This document shows, in pieces, positions 48,000 through 59,994 of a stretch of DNA of 64,000 bases; within the stretch, counting starts at the first letter, position 1, and each line of letters opens with the position of its first letter. The translations under genes and the position numbers were made by a program. Location of the stretch: the NCBI GenBank assembly GCA_030295235.1, contig AP026130.1, positions 1,240,001 through 1,304,000 on the forward strand. Direction: 5' to 3'. A model generated the notes under the pieces. That model was not told the origin of the DNA. It saw only the letters and a list, made by a program, of their open reading frames with translations, and did no database searches. The stretch comes from Fistulifera solaris. Its lineage: Eukaryota.

Positions 48000-48389
48000 A
48001 AGGAAATGTGTTTGTCAACTGAATGCGAGATAAAGAGAAACACGTCCAGGTATTGAGTTTCTGCATTCTGGAAAAATTAACATTAGTAAAAAAGTTGTGT
48101 CATGTGACTGACTCCTGTCAGACTAGCTATGCAATTATTTGTTTCCTTTACACTGCAAGTCTTCTTCTGCATTCAAGCCTTGAAGTTTACAAATGCATCG
48201 CTGTTGCAATGCGAACGGGCCTTAAAGAAACTGACATCGGAAGGGACTGACACCGGTCGTGTATCAATAAAGAATGCCACTGTTTGCAAGAGGGTTCGCA
48301 AAAATGCGAACTTGTCAAATAAATTGCAGTCGCAATTCTCCACGAAAAAAGTTGGGCATAGCTCATAAAACATCAAAAGAAATGATAAA

Positions 48390-50831
48390 ATGATCCGCTT
48401 ACTAATTTTTATAATCCTTCTGCCAACTATAACAATTGCAGGAGACCATCCTAAAACCTGTGCTGCCCAACTTGATACGTACCGGAACTGCCTCACCGCA
48501 AATGCCAATCATTGCTCTCCGTTGTGTGCCGGAGTTCACGTGGTTCTCAATCCACAAGTTTTAGCAACGATGACGGAGGCTGGTCAAACCGTCGCTTGTG
48601 ATGCTATGAAACTGATGAGCTGTTCGTATCAAAGCTGGTGCTGCGAGAATCGAGAGGGACAGAAAACAGCCTGCGTCACCGAGGAGCAATCGTATTGGCA
48701 GTGCATAGAACAAGAAGCTGGATGTGGCCCCATTGATTGCGAAGCCGTGCTTGAACCTTCGGAACCTCAAGAACCCGAGGAGACCGAGGAAACAGAGCCA
48801 CCAGTTATTCCACCCGATACAGACCCTGAAGAGGACGACGAAGAAGAGACAAAACCACCTCGCCCTTCCAACGATACTCCTCGAACCTGTGCTGCTGAAC
48901 TCAAAACGTATCAGAAATGCGTCGTCTCCAATCCGTCCAAGTGCCGCGCCGCGTGCAGAGACGTCGATGTCATTCTTAACCCAAACCTATTGGCGACTAT
49001 GGAGAATCCTGCTAGGGCATGCTATGCATTGAACCTGAAGAGTTGTAAATTCCAGGAGTGGTGCTGCAAGAGCCCTGAAGGTGTTGCAACAGCCTGCGAA
49101 AATGAACAAAATGCTTACTGGCAGTGCATAGAACAAGAAGCTGGTTGCGGTGCGTTTACATGCGAAATTGAGATCCCACCTCCTGACGATGATGGTACTG
49201 CTCCACCGATCGAGCCGGAACCCGAACCTACTCAGCCCGTGGATGAAAACGATGGAGAAGATCCCCTGACGCCTCAAGACGATGAAGAAGACGAAGAAAC
49301 GAACAATCCCAACAACAGGCCCAGAACATGCGCTGCGCAACTTGATACGTACCGGAACTGCCTCACCGCAAATGCCAATCATTGCTCTCCGTTGTGTGCC
49401 GGAGTTCACGTGGTTCTCAATCCACAAGTTTTAGCAACGATGACGGAGGCTGGTCAAACCGTCGCTTGTGATGCTATGAAACTGATGAGCTGTTCGTATC
49501 AAAGCTGGTGCTGCGAGAATCGAGAGGGACAGAAAACAGCCTGCGTCACCGAGGAGCAATCGTATTGGCAGTGCATAGAACAAGAAGCTGGATGTGGCCC
49601 CATTGATTGCGAAGCCGTGCTTGAACCTTCGGAACCTCAAGAACCCGAGGAGACCGAGGAAACAGAGCCACCAGTTATTCCACCCGATACAGACCCTGAA
49701 GAGGACGACGAAGAAGAGACAAAACCACCTCGCCCTTCCAACGATACTCCTCGAACCTGTGCTGCTGAACTCAAAACGTATCAGAAATGCGTCGTCTCCA
49801 ATCCGTCCAAGTGCCGCGCCGCGTGCAGAGACGTCGATGTCATTCTTAACCCAAACCTATTGGCGACTATGGAGAATCCTGCTAGGGCATGCTATGCATT
49901 GAACCTGAAGAGTTGTAAATTCCAGGAGTGGTGCTGCAAGAGCCCTGAAGGTGTTGCAACAGCCTGCGAAAATGAACAAAACGCATACTGGCAGTGCATA
50001 GAACAAGAAGCTGGTTGCGGTGCACTGACTTGCGAGACTGCTTCTGGCTCAACTTCCGAGGTTGCAACCTCGACGAGCGTCACTGCAAGAGCCACCAAAC
50101 GGCCCAGAACATGCCCTACGCAGCTACAGGCATACCAGCAATGCGTCTTTGCAAATCCGAAATATTGTTTTCCTTCGTGTGCTAAGGTGGACGTGATTAT
50201 CAACCCGCGCATGTTAGCTGAAATGTTAAGCCCGACGAGAGCTTGCGCCGCCATGAAAACTATGAGCTGCGGATATCAATTATCGGCTTGTTGCAAGAAT
50301 CATAAAGGCGTGGAAGTGGCTTGTGGCGCTCAAAAACGTGCTTACTGGCGCTGCATTGAACAAAAGGCCGGCTGTGGTGCTATTGATTGTAAGAAACTGA
50401 ATTTGCCTCGTATTAGCACGAGCTCGACGCCAATGGCCACAATGATTGAGAAGACGAAGCTGCGAAAGAAGTCTGCACGCGTTCCACAGAAAGAAACTTG
50501 CAAAGCCGAACTTGAAACTATGCAGGAATGCGAAGTGGCCAAAAACTGCAGTCGGGACTGTGGCGAGACAGTGGTGGAAGATAACTCCTATGAACCAATC
50601 CTAAACCTTTGTTGGATGCAAGGTTGCTGCGAAAGATGCGAAACCGAGCAAACAGGTTACCTTCAATGTCTTGAACGTCAAACAGAATGTTCTCTTGATT
50701 GCAGAATGAATCTGGACGAGCTCGAAGAAAGCGAAGAATACGAAGCGGCTGGCGACGCTGCTCCTTCTTTGGCACGGAGCTTCCAGGGAGTATTTACTTT
50801 GTGCTTGGCTGCATTTGTATTGCTTCAATGA
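48390..50831 (+). CDS. Secreted, probably GPI-anchored Cys-rich repeat protein (five 12-Cys domains plus one degenerate, Pro/Glu/Asp linkers)
   Basis: Signal peptide, repeated TCAA.L.TY..C...CC...C..E...YWQC.EQEAGCG...C, hydrophobic C-terminus. Confidence 0.88.
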   Translation: MIRLLIFIILLPTITIAGDHPKTCAAQLDTYRNCLTANANHCSPLCAGVHVVLNPQVLATMTEAGQTVACDAMKLMSCSYQSWCCENREGQKTACVTEEQSYWQCIEQEAGCGPIDCEAVLEPSEPQEPEETEETEPPVIPPDTDPEEDDEEETKPPRPSNDTPRTCAAELKTYQKCVVSNPSKCRAACRDVDVILNPNLLATMENPARACYALNLKSCKFQEWCCKSPEGVATACENEQNAYWQCIEQEAGCGAFTCEIEIPPPDDDGTAPPIEPEPEPTQPVDENDGEDPLTPQDDEEDEETNNPNNRPRTCAAQLDTYRNCLTANANHCSPLCAGVHVVLNPQVLATMTEAGQTVACDAMKLMSCSYQSWCCENREGQKTACVTEEQSYWQCIEQEAGCGPIDCEAVLEPSEPQEPEETEETEPPVIPPDTDPEEDDEEETKPPRPSNDTPRTCAAELKTYQKCVVSNPSKCRAACRDVDVILNPNLLATMENPARACYALNLKSCKFQEWCCKSPEGVATACENEQNAYWQCIEQEAGCGALTCETASGSTSEVATSTSVTARATKRPRTCPTQLQAYQQCVFANPKYCFPSCAKVDVIINPRMLAEMLSPTRACAAMKTMSCGYQLSACCKNHKGVEVACGAQKRAYWRCIEQKAGCGAIDCKKLNLPRISTSSTPMATMIEKTKLRKKSARVPQKETCKAELETMQECEVAKNCSRDCGETVVEDNSYEPILNLCWMQGCCERCETEQTGYLQCLERQTECSLDCRMNLDELEESEEYEAAGDAAPSLARSFQGVFTLCLAAFVLLQ
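48468..50023 (+). repeat. Intragenic ~690-bp near-identical duplication (offset 870 bp)
   Basis: 48468-49153 vs 49338-50023; only two synonymous differences seen near the 3' end. Confidence 0.92.
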
Positions 50832-51724
50832 GACATGCATGTCATTTGTATGAACGTAAGATAAACGTAAAGTCCTAATGACTCACATTTGTTGTTAGAG
50901 CGCGTTGCCTGAATTCATAACATACATTGTATCATTAGGTCGAAGCTTCATGTCGTGACGCGTTGTGCTGAAAAGCAGCAGTACCTTTTCAATGAATGTT
51001 TTCTTCTTGTTTGTAGTACCGGTAACATCAAAGGTAGCGCGGAGAATTTAGAATTGATGAACAAATGCGATCATCCTTGAAAGCAAACACGTAACTCAAA
51101 ATCATTTGTGTCCCTCTAATGACGCTGTACTTTTGAAGCCCGATACAGTGAGGACCCTCTTCTTCACTTGTGAATAGGCTTTGATGATTACACGTTTTCT
51201 AAGCAAACACAGTAAAGGGACGAATGATGCGCAATAAAGATACGGTGGAATGCGGACGAATGAAAATAACGTTATTGTTTCATCCGAAACACCGCTATGA
51301 TGACTGGTAAGGTTAAGGTTTACAGCCGATCAATGTTTACTATAGTTCAAAAGTGTTGTCGCATTTCCGCACGACTGGATTGAGTCATGAATGTGAACTA
51401 GACCTATTACGTTTCCTTCCTTCTTTATTATCGTCAACGATTTCTCTTCTCTCAGAGGACCACTCTCATCCTTCATTCATTGTATATTGACCTCACTTAT
51501 TCAGGCGATCGCCTCAACAAAGTGAAGACAGCAGTTCTGTTAACTCGCTATATGTTACGGAAGCACAGAGCTGTCTTCACGCGCTATCATTAGTCCATTC
51601 TCCTTCAATTTTCAAAGGAAGGTCAGAAACATGGAAACGTTGTAGCTGCTATATTTTATGCATTATAAAAAGAATTATGAGCACGAGTGGTTGGCTTTAG
51701 CAAGCGGAAAGGTCTTGGAGGTGT

Positions 51725-52303
51725 TTAGGCGACCCCCTTTGTGATTATGCGAATACTTCGTCGCATGAAACTGGGACTCTTGATCAACTTTTCACGGAAA
51801 CTACCACGGAGACTATTCGGTGATTTCGATAGCTCTCGAGGCGAAGTGGTGGGTGTTGTGGGTTCTTTCATAATTGCTTTGATGTATATCTTTGTCTTCT
51901 TCGGGGCGACTGGGACTGGAACGGTATATTCCACGCCTTTTTCAAACATTGGCTTTAGTTCATCAAGGAACTTCATTGCCTTTTCATGAACTGTGCTCGA
52001 CACGCCATTTCCTGTAAGAACACCTTCAAGATGATGCACCATCTTGTTGAAATGAACAATGTCCAAGCCTTTCTCTTGAAAAAGATATTCGTGCTGTTTG
52101 AAAATACGCTCCAAGTCTTCTTCCGAAGGTGATCCAGCGTAAGCGGCTTTTAAAATACTGAGTGAATGGATCTTGAGAAATGAGAGACGAGTGTTCGAGA
52201 AGAACGGATACAGATCTTCATCATTCATGAAGCGTCGAAATAAATCTTCCACTACAGATCGAACAACATCTGTTCCAAGATCGTGTACTGATTTTGTGCT
52301 CAT
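51725..52303 (-). CDS. Truncated (group I-like) haemoglobin with Ser/Pro/Arg-rich tail
   Basis: LG...VRSVVEDLF.RF..DEDLYPFF, H..L, HFNKMV.HL..VL...GV. Confidence 0.75.
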   Translation of the reverse strand: MSTKSVHDLGTDVVRSVVEDLFRRFMNDEDLYPFFSNTRLSFLKIHSLSILKAAYAGSPSEEDLERIFKQHEYLFQEKGLDIVHFNKMVHHLEGVLTGNGVSSTVHEKAMKFLDELKPMFEKGVEYTVPVPVAPKKTKIYIKAIMKEPTTPTTSPRELSKSPNSLRGSFREKLIKSPSFMRRSIRIITKGVA

Positions 52304-53306
52304 GTTTAGATCGCTTTGAATTTTATGAAAAGGTATTGAATGTAAGATGGCAAATACTTTGGTAGTTAGACTTTGTGGTGGTTTCATTTAGAGAGAATAG
52401 TGAAAAAAGGTCGCCAAGTCATAATAAACGGGGAAAGTTTGGCACAATGACAACGCAAGACAACGCAGGAGGATCCAAGATTTATTAGGGCCTTTTGTAT
52501 CCAATCAAAATGCAGATGTTGTCGAAGGTTTCTGATCAATAACAAGTGACATTACTCAATTATCCTGTTTTACATAATCATCTATTGTGGTGTAAAACGG
52601 TGCTCTTGTTTCTTCATGTTGTCCAATGTTCTGTATTGCTGACATAAAGAAAGTACTCCGGAATTCACTTCAATCGTGGCCTTGTCTGATATAGCATAAA
52701 ATGTAGGGAAGGTGTCTTGGGGTCTTTCTTGTATGAGAAGCGAAAAGCTCAAGCCTCAACGCAAAAAACCCAACAAAACCCAACAACCGAACAGCTCACA
52801 AAGCTACTACCACCAATGAGCATCGTCCATTGACTACCACAAGCCCCAATCCAAGCTGCTAAGAACGATCAACGATCAGTATTGCGAGAATGGAGCTTTG
52901 GCAACGAGACAGTTGTTATCTCGTTTGAAAGCTATCGCAGTTTGATTGATGGCGATACTGTCATCAATTCTCCGAGACGCTTTGCCTCTACATGAGGAGT
53001 GAAATTGATGCCGCGCCGTTTACACAATTTTACTTTACATCTTGTGTAGCTAAGCAAAGGGGATGCGCTTCATGGGCAATGAGGAATGAATCTTTCAGAT
53101 TTCTACCAGCATCATAGAGTCCGTTGCTGCCGAGCGGCTCCAAGGACTTCTCGATTACTCCGTTGTTGCAATCCATCAACATCAACGACATTATTTATTG
53201 AAGCGACGTCAGCTTTTAAGAACTGTTAAGCCTACAAACTATAGAATGAAGTGCCCAAAATGCATGTAAATGGTAAACTCGCAGCTTCTACATTAGTACG
53301 TGTGAA

Positions 53307-54560
53307 CTATTTGGTCTTGTCCCACGTCTCTTCGAGACCACTGTCTGCGCTATCAGTCTGTTGGAACGATTTTGTTTGCGGAATCACTTTGCTTAAGCAG
53401 CCGAGGAACTTTGTCATCAGGTCATTATCCTTGAAACGGAAAAGATACAAGACAGGTTTGGTGCCTTCGTCGGAGAACTCCACGCTGCTGACACGAACAA
53501 CTTTGTCGGTATGCGGATCAGCCGTCGACTCGCGACCAATCAGTAGATTAATAAGAACCTTTGTTGGTTTACCTCCTTCTTCCGCTTGTCGTCGTTGCGT
53601 GAGACGAGCAAATCGATCGGTCGCATTGGGGATCTGTAAAATTCGGACTGGTCCTACACCCTGTTCGACCCACGTATGCTGCTCTTTGCTGCTAGTAGCA
53701 CCTTCACCCTCATGCTTATTCGCAGCATTGTCAGCGATGTCTTTGGCGGTTTCCTTCTCGGTGTTTGATTTAGTAAATAATTCGGTGGAGGGCACCGACG
53801 GAGCTGACGTTTCTTGTTGTGTTTCCGTTACAGGAGCTTTCTTCATCCATCGGTACGATTTGCAGCGAAGTTCTAGCTCCAGTTTGTACTCTTCTTCTCC
53901 TGATTCGAGTACATAATCATCCGGTAAATTCACAACTGGAATCGATGGAGTATTGTTGACGGATGCATCTAGCGTCGGAATATTGTCATCATTATCTTCT
54001 TCGGCAGGAAGCGAGTTAGCAGGTGCCGTTGCATCGTTGCCTTTACTGGTTCCGAATGTAAATGAGCTGGAGGGTGTTGAAGAGCTCAGAGAAGCGAAAC
54101 CACCAAAGGTAGACGGCGCAGTTGTGGCACTACCAAATCCATTCGCCGAAGCGACCGAACCAAACCCTTGAAATCCCGAAGAGGCACCGAAGATAGAGTG
54201 ACCGGAGGCGTCGTTATCGTTATTCGAAAGGGAGCCAAAACCGCGGAAACCAGTGGAAGCACCAAAGACAGATGTCGAAGATCCTCCGGTAGATGTTAGT
54301 TGAATTGAAGCGAAAGGGTTGCTAGATTTTGATTCATTTTCCGCATCGTCTTTTTCTGCAGTTTTTGATTCATTAGCGCCATTTTCTTGAACCGAGGGAG
54401 CAGGTCGCCTTACGCGAACGATACGTCGAGCGTTGAGTTGTTCTGTAGATGCTTTAGTGATGCCAAAAGTGACCTCCTGGTCGGAATTGTCGTCATTGCT
54501 GTTGTCTTGCTCATTGTCATCTTTCGTAAGCTGTCGATCGGCTACTCGTTTGGAAGACAT
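53307..54560 (-). CDS. Nup50/Nup2-like nucleoporin
   Basis: KRVADRQLTKD...ARRIVRVRR N-terminus, NPF and FG/FxFG repeats, C-terminal Ran-binding domain (SGEEE, WVEQGVG.VRI). Confidence 0.82.
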   Translation of the reverse strand: MSSKRVADRQLTKDDNEQDNSNDDNSDQEVTFGITKASTEQLNARRIVRVRRPAPSVQENGANESKTAEKDDAENESKSSNPFASIQLTSTGGSSTSVFGASTGFRGFGSLSNNDNDASGHSIFGASSGFQGFGSVASANGFGSATTAPSTFGGFASLSSSTPSSSFTFGTSKGNDATAPANSLPAEEDNDDNIPTLDASVNNTPSIPVVNLPDDYVLESGEEEYKLELELRCKSYRWMKKAPVTETQQETSAPSVPSTELFTKSNTEKETAKDIADNAANKHEGEGATSSKEQHTWVEQGVGPVRILQIPNATDRFARLTQRRQAEEGGKPTKVLINLLIGRESTADPHTDKVVRVSSVEFSDEGTKPVLYLFRFKDNDLMTKFLGCLSKVIPQTKSFQQTDSADSGLEETWDKTK

Positions 54561-55106
54561 CGTACTCAATTAAATGAAAGTGGCTAGCAGAGGAATGAAA
54601 GAAGATCGAGTTGACAAAATGCGCAATGATAGAAGGTAGAATCTGCAATTGAAAGAGTCTAAAAATAGATGATTGCGTTGCAACAAAAACAATAACAAGA
54701 CGACCGCTGTACAGACTGTAGTCGCTTAGGGACTCGATTATCTGGTGGGAAGTGTAGATTACTTTTATTAACGATTGAATGGCCATCAGTCACGAATTGC
54801 TATAGAGTGAGTCCATGATACACCGTCTCTACAGTACTCACCCCACCAAAAACAAAGCGAAGCAGTTGCCTCCATCGTACATGATCGGAATAATGATTCA
54901 TTTGATAGTTTGCTGAGCATGACGAGTGGTTGAAATGAATAACATCGGTGACAGAAAACAGCTGAACTGCATTTGAATTACGAAATCGTGTAGGCGGTAG
55001 TGAGCAAAAAGATAAAAAAATATCGTTTAGCAAGCTGAATGAATCTAGGTCTAAACTAACTAGAGTCTATCTTTAAAAACCGTTCACCCCCTATCGCGAC
55101 TTGGAG

Positions 55107-57458
55107 TTAAGCACGAGAGTTGACACCATTGCTTACGACCGAGGCCACTCTGCTAGCATCGAACCCAAATTTTCGCGCTATTTCTTCAAACTGATTTTCC
55201 CAGTTCCAGTCCAATGTATCAACTGCTAAATCGGAACAAACCCCTGTATCGCTGTCTGTTTCTTCTGGTAAACAGCAGTGGCAACAAGAGCATGATAAAT
55301 TCTTATTCGCCTCGCCGCAATTGGCGACAACGACCCACTCATTCGCTTCGCGCTCCTCCAACGACATTGATTGAAACACTGGCAATGAACAGATAGACTC
55401 TAAGTCGCCACTAATTTTCGTTCCGTCCAAAAAGGCCGTTACTAACTCGGTAGCTTCCGCGAATGACGGAACCGTCCCGTTCAAGTTGGGATTGCGACTC
55501 AACACCAAGTACTGTAAGCTTGGGGCACTTCCGTAGTGATCAGGAATTGCACCGTGAAAATGATTGTTGTCGAGGGATAAATAGGTCAAGTTACGCAAAG
55601 CGGATATGTCAGGAAGAGTTCCAATACGATTGGTAAATTTCAATGATAGCTCGGTTAAACCAGTCATGTTGCTCAAATCGCTGGGCACTGTTCCCCGATC
55701 CAGATCTGGGTTCGCCGACATAAAGAGACGCTTCAAAGATGGCATTTGAAACAATTCTGACGGCATGGTGCCATTGAAGTAGTTGTACGACAAGTCCAGA
55801 TGTTCAAGCGATTTCAAGTTGCTGATTCGCTGAGGTATTTGCCACATTAGATGATTGTCGTACACGGCGAAGAACTTCATGACATCGTTCAACGCGATGT
55901 TATCGGGGATAGAACCTTTCAATTCGTTTTGGCTCATATCAATTAGTTGCAAATTAGAGTATTTGAATAAATGTGAAGGAAAGACCTCGGACGTAAATTT
56001 ATTGCCGCTTACGTCGAGCGCCTGTAATTTCGTCGCTTGACGGACAAAGGTGTGATCCAGTGCTCCCTCGAACTGATTTTGATCCAAAAAAAGAAATTCC
56101 AGCTGTTTCATGTGATTAATAGTAGACAGGGGATTATCCCACAGACCGTTCTGATCCAAGAATAGTTCCGTCAAAGACGATGCATGGGCCAGCGAACTTG
56201 GTAAGGTACCTTCCAAGTTATTGCTAGACAGAGCAAACGACTCTAAATGAAAATGTGGTTCCGTTTCAGTTCCCCAACAATCTGGAATTTCTCCCACGAG
56301 CAAATTTCGATGCAAGTCTAGCATTTTCAAATTCGACAGTTCACACAATTGCGTGGGAATGTTGCCCGTCAATTCATTTTGCCCTAGCAGCAAGTGCTGC
56401 AGTTTGTGCATTCGACCCATGCATGTCGGCAACTTCCCATGCAGTCCGTTACTGCGCATTCCCAGGCTAACCAACTGATGCAAATTACAAATTTCGGTGG
56501 GGATCGTCCCTTTGAAGGTCTGACCATTAAATTCGAGATCCAAAAATTGCAACGTAGTGAGTAAACCTAACTCGGTAGGGATGTGTGTCGCCATCAACGA
56601 ATTAAATTCTGTAGAAGATAGCGTTTCAGACATGTGGTGTTAGCTTAATGTCATCAAAGTCAAGTCATATGCAAAGCAAGAGCACACAAGACACGCACCT
56701 AAATCAAGTTTGATGGGAAGACCACTGACCGGGTCGCACGTCACTCCTCCGGGTTCGATCATTGTAGGATTATCGAAGGAGATGGTAATCGCACTCCATT
56801 CACAGACATCCAACGACGACATGAAAGCGTGTTGTGCCTTCCAGTGCATCCCTTTCCACGACGTATACAACAGCACCATAACGTATCGCACCGTATACAT
56901 GTACACATCGGTCGCATAATGCTCGTTGGAGTCAGCTACCGGCAGAGGGACTTTACGCGGATCAATGTCGGCTAAAAATTGTGCAGCAATAAATTGCATG
57001 GAGTTTGGATCATTCAGTTTCTCTGCACTTGATACATTGTGATCGACAAGAAACGAAATGACTTGCTGTTGTGTCGGTCGAGGACCCGCCGACGATGATG
57101 ATGACGACTCATTTGTGGGACGAACCGCTAGCCCAATAGCAAAGATAATCGAAAGAGTCACCAACAAACAAGCGGTAGCCGCAAAACAGCGAAAAACGAA
57201 TCGTTTGCGTGTTGAAGAGACCGCAACGGGGCTCGCTGGCAATTCATCCGGGTTCGGCAGACTCGCTCCTTCGAACTGCACCGCTTGCTCCGGATCTTCC
57301 AGCGATATTTGTTGCATTCCTACAGTATCCATATTGTCCTCTTCATCACCGCCGCTGTTTGCAGAAGCTCGTCCTGTGACGACGGGCAAATCCACTAACG
57401 AAAGACTTCCTGCTGCTTCTGCACTCAAAATAGGGAATTCCCGCATTTCATTCGTCAT
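55107..57458 (-). CDS. Type-II membrane leucine-rich repeat protein (plant-specific-like LRRs)
   Basis: N-terminal TM, many LxxLxLxxNxLxGxIP repeats, C-terminal CSCCHCC cap; intron 56609-56698. Confidence 0.9.
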
Positions 57459-57895
57459 GTTGCTATGAATTTAGCTGATGCAGAGCGAAGGAAAGTGTAT
57501 TATTAATGCTTTTTCTCGTGTGCAACAACAAGGATTCCTTTTTCGCTCGAAAAAATAAAGGAGAGGACGAATAAACGTGGCTTTATGTTCGTCGCAATAA
57601 CTTCACGGACGAAGAAAAAGAAGATCGCGGGGAGAAAGCTGTCCGTTGCGGGTATGCCGGCGTGAGTATTTTAAGAGTGAAAACTGCTTAAAAAAGTAGT
57701 ATACTAAAAGTATGATACACTCACATCTTATGTGATGTAAGAAGTAGGAAAGGAGTCGTCACACGAGCCCGAAGCAAAATATCATCGTTTTTTATCATCC
57801 GCGCTCTTCCGTCGCGACGATCATCGTCATCACCAGTATTATTTTTTGGAACGCTCAAAGCTTCTCCTTATTTTCAACCATTGTTCTCATCAACA

Positions 57896-59700
57896 ATGTC
57901 GAAATTCAATATCTTTGCCTTTCATTGAAGATCTTGTAGCGAAGGCGTCGCCGATCTTGCTCAATTTCTACTCGACAAAGCATGGAAAACATTGAAGAAA
58001 TTACAGCCGTCCTCGAGAATCTTGAAATTTGAGACAACGAGACAGACTTCTATGAGCAGGAAAGAGCTCATCCCGAGAATGTAGAATACGCGGATGAGCC
58101 GAACGGAGCGGGCGCGCAGTATGCTTCTGATGGCGGGAACTTACAGCAGCTGGGTGAGAACGGAAAGTACGAAGTGCAGCAAACGTAAGGCCACAGTCGG
58201 CGGAAGAGCACTTTACCGAACAGCAGCAAGACAAGCAGCCGCCTGAGTACTTCAAAGAGAATTTTCAGCAAGAGGAACATCTTCAATCTTATTTGGAAGA
58301 GTACATGGGGCCGATGTACTGGTACAAAAGCTTTAAGCCCATCACATTGGAAGAAATTTCCGAGCTTGCGAATGGTATTCCTATTCTGCTATTGAATGGC
58401 ACCGTGACGCATGTGGATCCGGAGCCACGTGTAATCAGATACTGTCGCAACGTGGATGGGCTGTTTATGGATGTGCTGGCGACAAGGTCTTGATCTATAC
58501 ATTTTTGAAGAGGATAACGCTACAGTTGCAGAAACGGTCGCATATTTTTTGACTTTGAACAGACCGACATCTGTCCATTTGGTATGTTCCCCCCTTAAAA
58601 GAGGGTGCTCCCCCGGCCACAATAAAATCTCCGATTTCAGTGCAGCTGGCCCTCAATTCATGACGCACATGTATGAATTTAACCTTTCAGACTGCCGTTT
58701 GCAGTTTCATAGACTCACGTTTTGTGCCAAGCAGTCCATGGCATTGGTAGAATACTACCCTTCAATTCACCTGACTTTGTCGAGCTGTGTATTCGAAGAT
58801 GGGGGCGTCTCATTTGTTGAGGCGCTTGAAAGTCAAGCATCGCCCATTGTATCACTATTTCTTCAAGGGAATATACCATTCAATCGAGACACTTTAACGC
58901 GCTTTCTAGAAACCGGGATGATCCAACATCTATCATATCCTTTCCTGTATGACGAGCATGACTCTTTTCTTTTGACAGCCAGAGTGGAATCTCTCAGTCA
59001 TGACTTCTATCCCTCGTCAACTTTGACAGCTGACTTCTTGCATGATATCAACATTGCGACCAAGAAACTCCGACGACTCATCATTGACGGTTTCAATGAC
59101 GATCAAATGTTAGCGGAAAATGCCATGCTTTCTTTTTGGCAGCGAGTGGCGGAGTTAGGTTATTTTGAGCAGCTGGACGTCGAGATTCATGGATATTATA
59201 GAGTTCCATCAGATGGCGCTGTACAAGCACTTATCCGTGCCGTGAAAGCCAACACTGGTCTAAAGGTCAAAGAGCTCTTTGCTGAAGGTTCTCTGTTTGG
59301 GGGAGCGGGCGGATTGGCGACCTCATTTAGAGGTGCTCTTTGATGGTTTGAAAGATCACAAAGCGCTCCGTGTTTTAAGTTTGGGGCTCTACATAGAAGA
59401 AGACAAAAACTGTAATTAGTTCGGCCCCGGCTTTGTCCGTCTTCGAAAGTTTCTTTCTCATAAGAAAGCCATTACCGTGACGGATGTCTATGAAGATTAT
59501 TATTCCGACGGGTCGATTGTGGATGAGCTTTATCACTACAACAGATTCTTTATCGGCTCGAAAGACCTCTTGGTAGACCCACAACTGAATTGATCATCTC
59601 TGGTGGAAGTCATTTTGACAGAAAGCGCGTTAAAGAATTTTCGACGATGTGCTCTCTAGTTCTCTGATAACACCGATGTGTTGTGTGAACTCACTTAATC
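57896..59700 (+). pseudogene. Decayed member of a multi-copy hypothetical (degenerate LRR-like) gene family
   Basis: Several overlapping fragments in different frames plus in-frame nonsense codons in the C-terminal block (LN*SSLVEVILTESALKNFRRCAL*FSDNTDVLCEL). Confidence 0.65.
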
Positions 59701-59727
59701 TGCTGCAAGAACCTGGTAGAAAATGAA

Positions 59728-59962
59728 GACTCTAGTCGTCCTGTGCTACAAAAAGTTTACCATATCATTGACACAACTAATCGACGACGACTCTAGTCGT
59801 CTTGTGCTACAAAATGTTTACCATATTATTGACACAACTAATCGATAAAGACTCTAGGCGTCTTGTGATACAAAAATTTTACCATATCATTGACACAACT
59901 AATCGATAAAGACTCTAGTCGTCTTGTGCTACAAAAAGAATACCATATCATTGACAGAACTA
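59728..59962. repeat. 61-bp tandem repeat, about 3.8 copies
   Basis: GACTCTAG starts at 59728, 59789, 59850, 59911. Confidence 0.95.
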
Positions 59963-59994
59963 TTCCATAAACTCTAAATATGATTACATGACAA

